Of a stretch of 64,000 nt of DNA, positions 1-8,946 are shown piece by piece (within the stretch, counting starts at the first letter, position 1; each line of letters starts with the position of its first letter). The position numbers were made by a program, and so were the translations under genes. Under the pieces are notes generated by a model that was given only the letters and a program-made list of their open reading frames with translations, had not been told where the DNA came from and made no database searches. The stretch spans positions 450,134 through 514,133 of the forward strand of contig PAUF01000007.1 of assembly GCA_002712715.1 (NCBI GenBank). Reading direction: 5' to 3'. The stretch is from Flavobacteriales bacterium. Lineage in GTDB: Bacteria > Bacteroidota > Bacteroidia > Flavobacteriales > BACL11.

Positions 1-251
1 GACTTAATATTAATAGATTTAATTTTCAAATCCTCAGCATTTTCTACCTCTCCTTTCTTGTAAAATTGACCAATCTCTTTATTTATTTGATTAGAATTAG
101 AAAGCAAATCATCAATTTTCTTTTGATTTTTTTTTCTTTCATCATCTAATGAAATAATTTCATTAATAATACTAACAGCATCAAAATTTCGTTTAGTTAA
201 AGATTGAATAGCAATCTCTTTATTTTTTCTTAAATAATTTACTTCTAACAT
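1..251 (-). CDS. serS: seryl-tRNA synthetase, N-terminal fragment; the gene continues past the left edge
   Basis: Not in the ORF track. Manual reverse translation from ATG at 251..249 gives MLEVNYLRKNKEIAIQSLTKRNFDAVSIINEIISLDDERKKNQKKIDDLL...NKEIGQFYKKG, which is the canonical SerS N-terminal coiled-coil arm pattern. Confidence 0.8.
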   Translation of the reverse strand, partial: MLEVNYLRKNKEIAIQSLTKRNFDAVSIINEIISLDDERKKNQKKIDDLLSNSNQINKEIGQFYKKGEVENAEDLKIKSINIK

Positions 252-253
252 AA

Positions 254-261
254 CAAATATA
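254..261 (-). promoter_or_regulatory. Bacteroidota -7 box TATATTTG, 2 nt upstream of the serS ATG
   Basis: Exact match to TAnnTTTG on the minus strand (plus strand CAAATATA), followed by TT then ATG. A chance match is possible in AT-rich DNA. Confidence 0.35.
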
Positions 262-273
262 TTTTTTAACAAA

Positions 274-303
274 AATAAAAAAACTCTTGATTTCTCAAGA
301 GTT
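274..303 (-). terminator. rho-independent terminator of the rplU-rpmA operon
   Basis: 9-bp stem AACTCTTGA (282..290) / TCAAGAGTT (295..303) with a 4-nt loop. On the minus-strand RNA it is followed by a U-run (plus-strand A-run 271..281). It lies 29 nt downstream of the rpmA stop. Confidence 0.8.
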
Positions 304-331
304 CTTAATTTATAAAAATAACTTGAAGAAA

Positions 332-586
332 CTAAACAGTTTGAATTGAAACGTATGATCTATTTTTCTTTTTCTTTGTATATTTTACTACACCGTCCTT
401 TAAAGCGAATAATGTATGATCACGTCCCATCCCTACATTAGGGCCAGGATAATGAACAGTCCCTCTTTGTCTTACGATAATATTTCCAGCTATGATATTT
501 TGACCACCGAAAATCTTAACTCCAAGCCGTTTACTTTCAGATTCTCTTCCATTTTTACTACTACCTGCTCCTTTTTTATGTGCCAT
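332..586 (-). CDS. rpmA: 50S ribosomal protein L27
   Basis: [29 protein letters not shown]... is the universal bL27 N-terminus. Length is 84 aa. Confidence 0.97.
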   Translation of the reverse strand: MAHKKGAGSSKNGRESESKRLGVKIFGGQNIIAGNIIVRQRGTVHYPGPNVGMGRDHTLFALKDGVVKYTKKKKNRSYVSIQTV

Positions 587-623
587 TTACCTATTTTTTA
601 ATTTATATATTCAAAGTAAAAAA

Positions 624-1091
624 CTAATCCTTCTTTTTTGACTCCTTTTTAATTACAACCTTTTTTTCTGAAACCGCAGATGCTGATTTTTTATTTACTG
701 TGGATTTCTTCTTTAATCCAGATTTACCTTTTGGTTTAGTTGTTTTTTCAGAGTCTACTTTTTTAGATGAAATTGATGATTTTCTAGAAATATCTAAAAT
801 CTCTATTTCAGTCAGTGCACTTCTATGACCATTCTTGACTCTATAGCCTTTTCTTCTTTTCTTTTTGAAAACGACTACTTTATCACCCTTAATATGTTTA
901 ACTAATTTAGCTTTAACCTCAGCGCCAGCTATCTTTGGAGATCCTACATCTATTTTTTTTCCATCATCAATTAACAAAATATCCTTTAATGACACCTTAT
1001 CACCTTCATTTCCAGCAAGTCTATTGACAAATATCTTCTGATCTTTTTCAACTTTAAACTGCTGTCCAGAAATCTCTACTATAGCATACAT
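624..1091 (-). CDS. rplU: 50S ribosomal protein L21 with a Lys/Ser-rich C-terminal extension
   Basis: MYAIVEISGQQFKVEKDQKIFVNRL... is a typical bL21 core (about 100 aa). It sits immediately upstream of rpmA and has about 50 extra K/S-rich residues at the C-terminus. Confidence 0.95.
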   Translation of the reverse strand: MYAIVEISGQQFKVEKDQKIFVNRLAGNEGDKVSLKDILLIDDGKKIDVGSPKIAGAEVKAKLVKHIKGDKVVVFKKKRRKGYRVKNGHRSALTEIEILDISRKSSISSKKVDSEKTTKPKGKSGLKKKSTVNKKSASAVSEKKVVIKKESKKKD

Positions 1092-1227
1092 ATAACTATG
1101 TCTTTTTTTAATTAGGACTGCGAAAATAATAAAAACTGACTAATTATTAGAAATATCTCTTTGTTTTTTTTAATAAACAACAAATTATAGATTTCTATTG
1201 ATTCATTGTGTTTCATGACTAATGCAT

Positions 1228-1235
1228 TATATTTG
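1228..1235 (+). promoter_or_regulatory. -7 box TATATTTG, 9 nt upstream of the ATG at 1245
   Basis: Exact TAnnTTTG match. It lies inside the ORF-track N-terminal extension (TTG start at 1206), which supports 1245 as the real start. Confidence 0.45.
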
Positions 1236-1244
1236 CGATTAAAA

Positions 1245-3077
1245 ATGCGGATTCTTTTACCTTTAATATTCTGTATAGCAACTATACCTAACCTGATTTT
1301 TTCTCAAAATCGATGCGGAACAGATGAATATACCATTCTCTTAGAGAACAAGTATGGTGAATATAAAAACTCGAGAAAATTAGTAAATGAACAAACAAAA
1401 AATTGGCTTTATATTAACACTTTAGAAGTGCCTAATATAATTACAATACCAGTAGTTGTCCATGTAGTTTGGAATACTAATCAAGAAAATATCTCTGACG
1501 CTCAGATATTTTCACAAATTGATGTTCTAAATGCTGACTTTAGAAGAACTAATATTGATGCAATTAATACACCAAACATATGGAACAACATAGCTGCAGA
1601 TTGTGAAATAGAATTCTGCCTTGCAACAATTGACCCAAATGGAGTCAGCTCAACAGGAATAACAAGAACGCAGACATCACAAACATCTTTCTCTATTTCA
1701 AATGATAATGTAAAATATACTAATAGTGGGGGAATTAACGCATGGCCCAATGAAGACTATCTAAACATATGGGTATGTGATTTGGGGGGAGGATTGCTTG
1801 GATACGCTACACCTCCATCAAATTTTTTGAGTAATGAAGATGGAGTAGTTATTGGATATAGATACTTTGGAACAACAGGAAACGTGCAAAATCCATATCA
1901 CAAAGGAAGAACTACAACTCATGAAGTTGGCCACTGGCTCAATCTTGAACATGTCTGGGGATTTGGAAACTGCGGAAATGATAATGTTAATGATACTCCA
2001 ACGCAACAATCCTCAAACTATGGATGTCCTGGATTCCCTCACAATACAAATAGCTGTGGAACAAATAATAATAATGGTGATATGTTCATGAATTATATGG
2101 ACTATACAAATGATGCGTGCATGAACCTTTTCACAAACGGACAGAAAAACCGTATGATCGCTGCTATTAATCAATATAGATCAAACCTATTAAACCATAA
2201 TTTATGTAGTAACAATCCTCCTGTTCAATCATGGAATTGCGTTAACGGAAGTTGTGTTGATCCAGGGAATGGAAATGGATCCTTTTCTGATTTGAATAAC
2301 TGTTTTACTAATTGTGATTGTGATGGCATAACACCTCCTATCATTGAAGAATTTCAATCAAACTCAATTCCAAATAATTGGAATATAATTAATAATGATA
2401 ACGATAAAACATGGGAAATAAATGAACAGGTAGGGTATAATAGTTCTAAATCTATTTATATCAATAATGCTGAATATGCAGCTAATGGTGAAATCGATGA
2501 TCTTGAAATGCCAAATCTTAATTTATCTAATACTTCAAGCGCATCACTTTCTTTTGATTACGCGTATTCACTATGGACTAATCCAAACTCATCACAGATT
2601 TGGTCTGATACCTTGAAAATAATGATCTCTGATGACTGTGGAGATACTTGGAATGTAATCTGGGAAAAAGCAGGGACAAACCTAGTAACTACGAATCCTG
2701 TTTTCAACCCATTTAATTGGATTCCTAATAATAATGATTGGATAAATGAATCCATTAATTTATCCAATTATCTTAATCAAGATGATATCGTTATTAAATT
2801 TAGAAATATTAATCAATATGAAAATAACTTATTTATTGACAACGTCAATATATCTACAACACCTTCTTCGTTAGACAATGAAACGAATAAAGCATTTATC
2901 TATAATTCTGAAAGAAACTATTTCTATTTTGAATTAGAAGATGAAAAGAAAATATTTAATTTACTAGGCCAAAACGTATTAAGCACGAAAGAAAAAATTA
3001 TAGATGTAATGACATTACCTAATGGTGTATATATATTAAATTATAAAAACAATAACTATAAGTTCTATAAAAAATAA
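1245..3077 (+). CDS. secreted zinc metalloprotease (M43 pappalysin/ulilysin-like) with a MAM-like/choice-of-anchor-J-like domain and a T9SS C-terminal sorting domain
   Basis: Signal peptide MRILLPLIFCIATIPNLIFSQ. Extended zinc motif HEVGHWLNLEH, then MNYMDY (Met-turn region). A Cys-rich linker precedes a domain starting IEEFQSNSIPNNWNIINND. The C-terminal roughly 70 aa are T9SS type-A like (...LLGQNVL...LPNGVYILNY...). Confidence 0.8.
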   Translation: MRILLPLIFCIATIPNLIFSQNRCGTDEYTILLENKYGEYKNSRKLVNEQTKNWLYINTLEVPNIITIPVVVHVVWNTNQENISDAQIFSQIDVLNADFRRTNIDAINTPNIWNNIAADCEIEFCLATIDPNGVSSTGITRTQTSQTSFSISNDNVKYTNSGGINAWPNEDYLNIWVCDLGGGLLGYATPPSNFLSNEDGVVIGYRYFGTTGNVQNPYHKGRTTTHEVGHWLNLEHVWGFGNCGNDNVNDTPTQQSSNYGCPGFPHNTNSCGTNNNNGDMFMNYMDYTNDACMNLFTNGQKNRMIAAINQYRSNLLNHNLCSNNPPVQSWNCVNGSCVDPGNGNGSFSDLNNCFTNCDCDGITPPIIEEFQSNSIPNNWNIINNDNDKTWEINEQVGYNSSKSIYINNAEYAANGEIDDLEMPNLNLSNTSSASLSFDYAYSLWTNPNSSQIWSDTLKIMISDDCGDTWNVIWEKAGTNLVTTNPVFNPFNWIPNNNDWINESINLSNYLNQDDIVIKFRNINQYENNLFIDNVNISTTPSSLDNETNKAFIYNSERNYFYFELEDEKKIFNLLGQNVLSTKEKIIDVMTLPNGVYILNYKNNNYKFYKK

Positions 3078-3944
3078 TTATTTTTTATCATTTACTATAT
3101 ATATACCTAACAAGATAATCGCCATAGATAAAAAATGAGAAAACTTTATTAACTCATTATCCAACATTCCCCAAAATATGGCAACTACTGGAATTAAATA
3201 GGTCACTGATGAAGCAAAAACCGATGAAGTCTTCTTAACCAAAATGTTAAACAAGATAACTGGAAAGGAAGTACACACTAATGACAAAACAACTATGTAA
3301 TTAAAACTAACAAATCCAGATTCGGTATTTAATATTGAAATAAGATCTATATTTCCTACAAAAATCCCTGCAATAGGGCCAATAAATAAAAATGAAATTG
3401 AAGTAATAGCAATAGAAGGTAATTTATCTAATTTTTCTCGAATCACATTAATAGAAATGGCATAACACATTGTAGCTATAATAACATAGAAAACAGGAAA
3501 AGAAATATCCGATTGCATCGATGATCCAGATAAAAACAATAATATAGATCCGAATAAACCTATTAAAACCCCATAAAACTTTGACAATGAAAAATCGTTT
3601 CCAAAAAAGAACCAACCAAATAATAATGTAAAAATTGGCGTTAAAGAATTCAATGTTCCAACGAATGAACTATTCAAAACTTCTTGAGACAAAGCAAATA
3701 AGAAAGCGGGTACTGCATTTCCTAAAAACCCTACAATAATTAATGGTACTATTTGTGATTTACGCAATTTAGAAAAATCATTAAATACAAATGGTAACAA
3801 GGAAACAAAAGCAATAAATATTCTTAGACTTGCTACTTCTAGAGCAGTAAAAGACTCCAAAGATCGTTTCATTAGAATAAATGAGCTTCCCCAAATAATA
3901 GAAAGAATAACTAAAATCAAGTAATGTTTATGCCAAATTTTCAT
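3078..3944 (-). CDS. EamA/DMT-family transporter
   Basis: 288 aa with about ten hydrophobic segments in two similar halves, typical of EamA-domain permeases. Confidence 0.7.
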   Translation of the reverse strand: MKIWHKHYLILVILSIIWGSSFILMKRSLESFTALEVASLRIFIAFVSLLPFVFNDFSKLRKSQIVPLIIVGFLGNAVPAFLFALSQEVLNSSFVGTLNSLTPIFTLLFGWFFFGNDFSLSKFYGVLIGLFGSILLFLSGSSMQSDISFPVFYVIIATMCYAISINVIREKLDKLPSIAITSISFLFIGPIAGIFVGNIDLISILNTESGFVSFNYIVVLSLVCTSFPVILFNILVKKTSSVFASSVTYLIPVVAIFWGMLDNELIKFSHFLSMAIILLGIYIVNDKK

Positions 3945-3949
3945 GATTA

Positions 3950-3957
3950 CAAATATA
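3950..3957 (-). promoter_or_regulatory. -7 box TATATTTG, 5 nt upstream of the EamA-family ATG
   Basis: The minus strand reads TATATTTG-TAATC-ATG. Confidence 0.45.
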
Positions 3958-3964
3958 TGTTAGT

Positions 3965-3972
3965 TATTTTTG
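3965..3972 (+). promoter_or_regulatory. -7 box TATTTTTG, 18 nt upstream of ctaA
   Basis: Exact TAnnTTTG match in the 46-bp divergent intergenic region. Confidence 0.45.
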
Positions 3973-3990
3973 CATTAAAGTATTTATTAA

Positions 3991-5004
3991 ATGAATAAAT
4001 TAACAAAAGATAAAATAATCTCCATTTGGCTATATAGCGGATTGATTATGGTTTTATCTATGGTTATAATTGGAGGAATAACTAGAGTCACAGGTTCCGG
4101 ATTATCTATGATTGAGTGGGATTTTTTTGGGAGATTTTTTTCAGAAAATGATATTCAAAAATCATTTATAGAATGGAAAGAAAATGAGCAAAATAATCGT
4201 AGTATTGAATACAGGACTCAACTAAATTATGAGGACTATAAGAGTATTTACTTCTGGGAAAACTTTCATAGACAAACTGGTAGATTTATAGGTATTTTAT
4301 TCATTCTTCCATTTTTATTTTTTTTAATCAAAAAGTGGATTAGCAGTAAACAAATAAAAAAATATCTCATCTTACTTTGTTTAGGAGCATTACAAGCAGT
4401 TTATGGATATTTTATGGTAAAAAGCGGATTAAAAGACAATCCTAAAGTAAGTCATTACTGGCTATCCATTCACTTTATTTCTGCATTATCACTCGCATCA
4501 TATATCTGGTGGATGATTCTAGAATTTAGGAATAAAATTCAACATAATAAAGCAGTCTATAAAATATCTACAATTTTCTTATTGCTGCTGATAATACAAC
4601 TAATCTATGGAGCTTTTGCGGCTGGACTAGAGGCTGGTAAATACACGAATTTCTCTAGCTATCTATCAAGAATTTTCGCTTATAGCCACCCTGAAACAAG
4701 TCTAAACTTTATTGATGATCCCAGGAATATAATTAATATACATAGATACTTAGGGTTTATATTACTAATTTTTTCAATATATTTTTGGCGCAAAACAAGA
4801 AATACATTATTTAAAAAAGAGGTCAATATCTTGATGGTAATGGTGATCTTCCAAATTATATTTGGATCAATATATTTATTAATTGTAAATAAAGGAGGTC
4901 AAATAATAGAATTAAGAAATTGGATTGCTATAATGCACCAATTTTTAGCGTCACTAATTACATTAGTAACAGTTTATATCATTCATCAATCGAGGCCCAC
5001 CTAA
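3991..5004 (+). CDS. ctaA: heme A synthase (COX15/CtaA family)
   Basis: N-terminus ...GGITRVTGSGLSMIEW... and a multi-TM body with conserved His-containing helices (HR..G, HYWLSIHF, MHQFLA), typical of COX15/CtaA. Confidence 0.8.
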   Translation: MNKLTKDKIISIWLYSGLIMVLSMVIIGGITRVTGSGLSMIEWDFFGRFFSENDIQKSFIEWKENEQNNRSIEYRTQLNYEDYKSIYFWENFHRQTGRFIGILFILPFLFFLIKKWISSKQIKKYLILLCLGALQAVYGYFMVKSGLKDNPKVSHYWLSIHFISALSLASYIWWMILEFRNKIQHNKAVYKISTIFLLLLIIQLIYGAFAAGLEAGKYTNFSSYLSRIFAYSHPETSLNFIDDPRNIINIHRYLGFILLIFSIYFWRKTRNTLFKKEVNILMVMVIFQIIFGSIYLLIVNKGGQIIELRNWIAIMHQFLASLITLVTVYIIHQSRPT

Positions 5005-5533
5005 ATGATTCTACAAAATTAAATATTTCGGATTGCATAATTTTGTTCTCTAATAATATGTCTGAACCAATAGAAGTATTAAACTCTAAGCCACCTGAAA
5101 CGTAATACTCAATACTATCTGTTAAGATAAATTGAGCTGAAGTAGCAATGTTTTCACCGTAAAGAAAACACAGGAAACCATAAATAGATTGCATTTTATT
5201 TTCACAAATCTTAACTTCTACATTCGCTCCTTTTTGTTCATGAATTGAAATCAATTTTTCAAAATCAATCATATGCCTATCAAGATTAACTACTTTTTGC
5301 AATCGAAAATATATATTTGCATTATACATATCATAACTAATAGAATATGTCAATGAATCAATAGTATTTATTTTAGATGATTGAGAATAATAACACTTGA
5401 AAACATCATTTTCAAAACAATTTGTAGAAGTTAATGGAAGTGGGATTTTAACTAAAGCTCTAGGCTTTTGTATATAATATTGATCTCCTGTATTACAACT
5501 AAATATTATAACTAAAATCAAAAAATATCTCAT
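4979..5533 (-). CDS. gldD: gliding motility lipoprotein GldD
   Basis: 184-aa lipoprotein (MRYFLILVIIFSC lipobox) immediately downstream of gldE. Size and position match the known F. johnsoniae gldE-gldD arrangement. Confidence 0.7.
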   Translation of the reverse strand: MRYFLILVIIFSCNTGDQYYIQKPRALVKIPLPLTSTNCFENDVFKCYYSQSSKINTIDSLTYSISYDMYNANIYFRLQKVVNLDRHMIDFEKLISIHEQKGANVEVKICENKMQSIYGFLCFLYGENIATSAQFILTDSIEYYVSGGLEFNTSIGSDILLENKIMQSEIFNFVESFRWASIDE

Positions 5534-5542
5534 ATCTTATTA

Positions 5543-6874
5543 TTATGAAATAACTACTTTTACTCGATTAATCTTTCTTTCATCTACAGATTCAATGATG
5601 AATTTATATGGTGGAAAGTCTATTTCATCTGAAATTTTTGGCAAGTAACCTGTACTTTCCAAAATCAAACCAGCTATTGTATCAGTATCTCCTTTCAAAT
5701 TATCAAAATAATCATGCTTGCCATTTACAATTTTTAGAAAATCATTTAAAGAAGTCTTTGCTTCAAAAACAAAAGTACTTCTATCTAATTGTGAATAAAG
5801 TTTGCCATCATCATCGAATTCATCAACTATATCACCAACGATCTCTTCAAGTATATCTTCTAGTGTTATAATACCTGAAGTGCCTCCATACTCATCAACA
5901 ACAATTGCTAAATGAATTTTTCGCTCTTGAAACTCCTTTAATAATTCATTAATTTTTTTAGTTTCAGGCACAAACATAGGCTGGTGACATAACGAAAGCC
6001 AATCTAAATCTTCATCCTCTATAAATGGAAGTAAATCCTTAATATACAGTACTCCCTTAATACTATCAAAGGTCTTTTCATATATAGGTATTCTAGAAAA
6101 AGAAGAAGAAATTACAGTATTTAGGACTTCTTTATAAGGAGCGTCTTTTTCAATAGCAACTACATCTGTTCTAGGTTTCATGATTTCTTTAACATCAATA
6201 TTCCCAAATTCAACTATACTTTTTAAAATTCTTCTATCTTCATCACTTTCTTCAAGATCTTCGGTAAGCTCAATTGCTTGAGAAATTTCCTCCATACTTA
6301 CAGAAGATGATTTACGTTTTACACGATCATCAATAAAAGAAGTAGCAAATAGCAATATAGATGATAAAGGATGAAATATACTCTGTAATACCCAGATAAA
6401 TCCAGATGTTTTTGAACTAAATTTTACAGCATTTTGCTTTGCATATACTTTAGGAGTAATTTCCCCTAAAAGGACTAACAAAAATGTAATTAACACTACC
6501 TGAATCAAAAATGCAATCCCAGGAGATGAAATAATACCATAATGAATCATCAGCTCATTACTGAAATAATAAAAGAAAACTATAATAGCTACATTAATGA
6601 AATTATTAGCTATTAATATAGTAGCTAATAATCTATTTGGATGCATTAATAATCTTCGAATTCGATGCTCTTTTCGGGCATCTATTTGCGCAAGATTGAT
6701 TAAATTTTTAGAATCCAAAGAAAAGAAAGAAACTTCAGAACCGGAAACTAATGCTGATAAAAACATTAGAAATAATATAAAAACAAAACCAGCAATTATA
6801 AATAAGAAACTAACTTCACTATTATCTACTAAAGCATTTAATTGAAGGAATATGGGAAAAGGATCTTCTTTCAA
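5543..6874 (-). CDS. gldE: gliding motility-associated protein GldE (DUF21/CNNM TM domain + CBS pair + CorC_HlyC)
   Basis: The domain order is readable from the sequence: N-terminal TM region, CBS pair around MKPRTDVVAIE...IPIYE, and a C-terminal CorC/HlyC region. It is adjacent to gldD. Confidence 0.75.
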   Translation of the reverse strand: MKEDPFPIFLQLNALVDNSEVSFLFIIAGFVFILFLMFLSALVSGSEVSFFSLDSKNLINLAQIDARKEHRIRRLLMHPNRLLATILIANNFINVAIIVFFYYFSNELMIHYGIISSPGIAFLIQVVLITFLLVLLGEITPKVYAKQNAVKFSSKTSGFIWVLQSIFHPLSSILLFATSFIDDRVKRKSSSVSMEEISQAIELTEDLEESDEDRRILKSIVEFGNIDVKEIMKPRTDVVAIEKDAPYKEVLNTVISSSFSRIPIYEKTFDSIKGVLYIKDLLPFIEDEDLDWLSLCHQPMFVPETKKINELLKEFQERKIHLAIVVDEYGGTSGIITLEDILEEIVGDIVDEFDDDGKLYSQLDRSTFVFEAKTSLNDFLKIVNGKHDYFDNLKGDTDTIAGLILESTGYLPKISDEIDFPPYKFIIESVDERKINRVKVVIS

Positions 6875-6884
6875 AATCTAAATA

Positions 6885-7337
6885 TTAAAATGGTAAATCA
6901 TCAGAATTTGATGATTCATTTATATTTTGAGAATTATTAGATTGATCTTCATTATTATTAGTGTTATTAGGGGCGGTAATAGTAGAAGCACTACTATTAC
7001 TATCGTTTCTAGAACCTAACATAGTCATTTTTTCAGCGATTATATCAGTAGAATATCGGGTATTCCCTTCCTTATCTTCCCACTTTCTTGTATTGATTTT
7101 TCCTTCAACATAAACTGAATTACCTTTCTTTAAATATTTCTCAGCAATATCAGCCAAACCTCTCCACAAAACAATATTATGCCATTCAGTTTGACTCACT
7201 CTCTCTCCTTGCTTATTGTTATAAGTTTCAGTAGTAGCTAAAGAAAAATTCGCTACAGAAACTCCAGTGTCCAGATGTTTGACTTCAGGATCTTTTCCTA
7301 AATTTCCAATCAAAATAACCTTATTTACTCCACTCAT
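6885..7337 (-). CDS. ssb: single-stranded DNA-binding protein
   Basis: MSGVNKVILIGNLGKDPE... OB fold, a low-complexity N/S-rich linker and an acidic tail ending DDLPF. Confidence 0.95.
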   Translation of the reverse strand: MSGVNKVILIGNLGKDPEVKHLDTGVSVANFSLATTETYNNKQGERVSQTEWHNIVLWRGLADIAEKYLKKGNSVYVEGKINTRKWEDKEGNTRYSTDIIAEKMTMLGSRNDSNSSASTITAPNNTNNNEDQSNNSQNINESSNSDDLPF

Positions 7338-7356
7338 ATAATTAAATTTTTCTCAA

Positions 7357-7364
7357 CAAATATA
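7357..7364 (-). promoter_or_regulatory. -7 box TATATTTG, 19 nt upstream of ssb
   Basis: Exact TAnnTTTG match in the 33-bp gap between the mutY stop and the ssb start. Confidence 0.5.
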
Positions 7365-7370
7365 ATAATT

Positions 7371-8411
7371 TTATCTGTTCATAGCATTTCTTTTTAGGTA
7401 TTTATCAATTAATCTTGGAATTGGATATTGATCAATATCATTCCAATTTATATTTATTAAAAAATCAATATTTATAGAAGATTTTAGATCAATTTCAATA
7501 AATTTTGCATAAATTTTTTGATGAGATAACTTATGAATTATAGTTTCTGAAATTTCAGAAATAGAATAATTGTCTTTAGGTACTTTTTTCAAAAAAATTG
7601 ATTTATTAAGGTCTTTAATATTAAGATCCCCCTCAATCAAGGGAAATTGAAACAAAGATTTCCAAATACCTTTCTTTCGCTTGTGAATATAAGTAGTTTG
7701 ATTGAAGTTAAACACAAGGAAATTAAATACTCTTTTATTCACATTAACCTTCTTCTGCTTATACGGCAATACTTTTACAAGTTCGGATCCATATGATTTA
7801 CATTGGTATTTGATTGGACATACATTACACTCAGGGTTAGACTTTACACATTGAAGAGCTCCAAATTCGATCATAGCTTGATTATATATTGCTGATTTAT
7901 TCTTATCTAACAATGAAGAAGATAATTCCTTTAATATATTCATACCTTTTGCAGTATCAACAGGTTCCAAAACACCAGCATATCTACTAATTACTCTAAT
8001 CACATTCCCATCTAAAACAGCATAAGGCAAATCAAAACAAAAAGATGATATAGCAGATGCGGTATAATCTCCGATACCAATTAAAGATCTTATACTATCA
8101 TATGTTGAAGGAAAAGTACCATTATACTGATCTACAATTATTTTAGAACTTGCATGCAAATTACGAGCCCTTGAATAATAACCCAAGCCTTGCCATAATT
8201 TCAACACCTCTTGCTCATCTGCTAAAGCTAAGCTAAAAACATCGGGAAATGATTCAATAAATCTTTTAAAATAAGGCAATCCTTGATCTACACGAGTCTG
8301 TTGTAAAATTATTTCTGAAACCCAAATAATATATGGATCTCTAGTTTCTCTCCAAGGTAAAGTTCTAGCATGAATTTTATACCAATCAATTATTTTTCTC
8401 GAAAAACCCAT
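7371..8411 (-). CDS. mutY: A/G-specific adenine DNA glycosylase
   Basis: N-terminus ...WYKIHARTLPWRETRDPYIIWVSEIILQQTRV..., an HhH-GPD region, the 4Fe-4S cysteine cluster C..(6)C..C..(5)C (CVKSNPECNVCPIKYQC), and a C-terminal NUDIX-like domain. Confidence 0.93.
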   Translation of the reverse strand: MGFSRKIIDWYKIHARTLPWRETRDPYIIWVSEIILQQTRVDQGLPYFKRFIESFPDVFSLALADEQEVLKLWQGLGYYSRARNLHASSKIIVDQYNGTFPSTYDSIRSLIGIGDYTASAISSFCFDLPYAVLDGNVIRVISRYAGVLEPVDTAKGMNILKELSSSLLDKNKSAIYNQAMIEFGALQCVKSNPECNVCPIKYQCKSYGSELVKVLPYKQKKVNVNKRVFNFLVFNFNQTTYIHKRKKGIWKSLFQFPLIEGDLNIKDLNKSIFLKKVPKDNYSISEISETIIHKLSHQKIYAKFIEIDLKSSINIDFLININWNDIDQYPIPRLIDKYLKRNAMNR

Positions 8412-8472
8412 TATATAATTTTGTAATTTATATTAAGTTATGCTGCATAGCTATAAATTTATTATCGTTTAC

Positions 8473-8480
8473 TATATTTG
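8473..8480 (+). promoter_or_regulatory. -7 box TATATTTG upstream of the HU gene
   Basis: Exact TAnnTTTG match, 48 nt upstream of the ATG at 8529. Confidence 0.4.
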
Positions 8481-8528
8481 CATTCTCAAAAATAATGATA
8501 AAAATTAAAAAAAAATAATATTTTTAAA

Positions 8529-8816
8529 ATGACAAAGGCGGAAATCATAAGTAAGATATCTCAGAAAACAGGAGTAGAAAAAACTGTAGCATTAACTGTT
8601 GTAGAATCATTAATGCTTGAAATAAAAGATTCAATTAAAAATCAAGAAGCTGTGTTTCTTAGAGGATTTGGAACATTCTTAGCAAAGAAAAGAAAAGAAA
8701 AGACAGGAAGAAACATCTCTAAAAATACTACACTACTAATTCCTGCTCATCATGTACCTTCTTTCAAACCCGCTAAAATCTTTAAAGATGAAGTAAAAAA
8801 TAATTTAAGAGATTAA
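8529..8816 (+). CDS. HU-family DNA-binding protein
   Basis: MTKAEIISKISQKTGVEKTVALTVVESLM...FLRGFGTF...RKEKTGRNI...IPAHHVPSFKP is the typical HU/IHF fold signature. Length is 95 aa. Confidence 0.9.
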   Translation: MTKAEIISKISQKTGVEKTVALTVVESLMLEIKDSIKNQEAVFLRGFGTFLAKKRKEKTGRNISKNTTLLIPAHHVPSFKPAKIFKDEVKNNLRD

Positions 8817-8827
8817 GAATATATAAA

Positions 8828-8914
8828 ATGGGAGCAAAGAAGAAGAAAGCGAAAAAAATATCAACTCATAAGCGTAAAAAACGCTTAAGAAAAAATCGTC
8901 ACAAGAATAAATAA
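8828..8914 (+). CDS. 28-aa ultra-basic peptide, candidate small ribosomal protein (bS22 / mS38-AURKAIP1-COX24-like)
   Basis: Not in the ORF track because it is too short. ATG at 8828 in an A-rich context (ATAAAATG), 11 nt after the HU stop. Translation is MGAKKKKAKKISTHKRKKRLRKNRHKNK. The segment ISTHKRKKRLRKNR aligns by eye with the MSKKKHRKLLRRTR core that I recall for mycobacterial bS22. Confidence 0.45.
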   Translation: MGAKKKKAKKISTHKRKKRLRKNRHKNK

Positions 8915-8946
8915 TCTTATTTAAGATTATTTCAACAATTTCTATT

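Noticed and set aside
1206-1244. N-terminal extensions in the ORF track: 1206 (TTG), 16263 (TTG), 44384 (TTG), 46041, 53211, 61602, 29410 (GTG).
   Set aside because: In each case a downstream ATG gives a proper signal peptide or family-typical N-terminus. Usually a -7 box or the upstream gene's stop codon also lies inside the extension. I re-called the starts at 1245, 16233, 44387, 46092, 53172, 61557 and 29413.
4979-5004. Convergent 3'-end overlaps: ctaA/gldD by 26 nt and rng/MFS by 8 nt at 10469..10476.
   Set aside because: They are real in the sequence. I interpret them as a consequence of extreme gene packing rather than a regulatory device. There is no supporting structure or motif.
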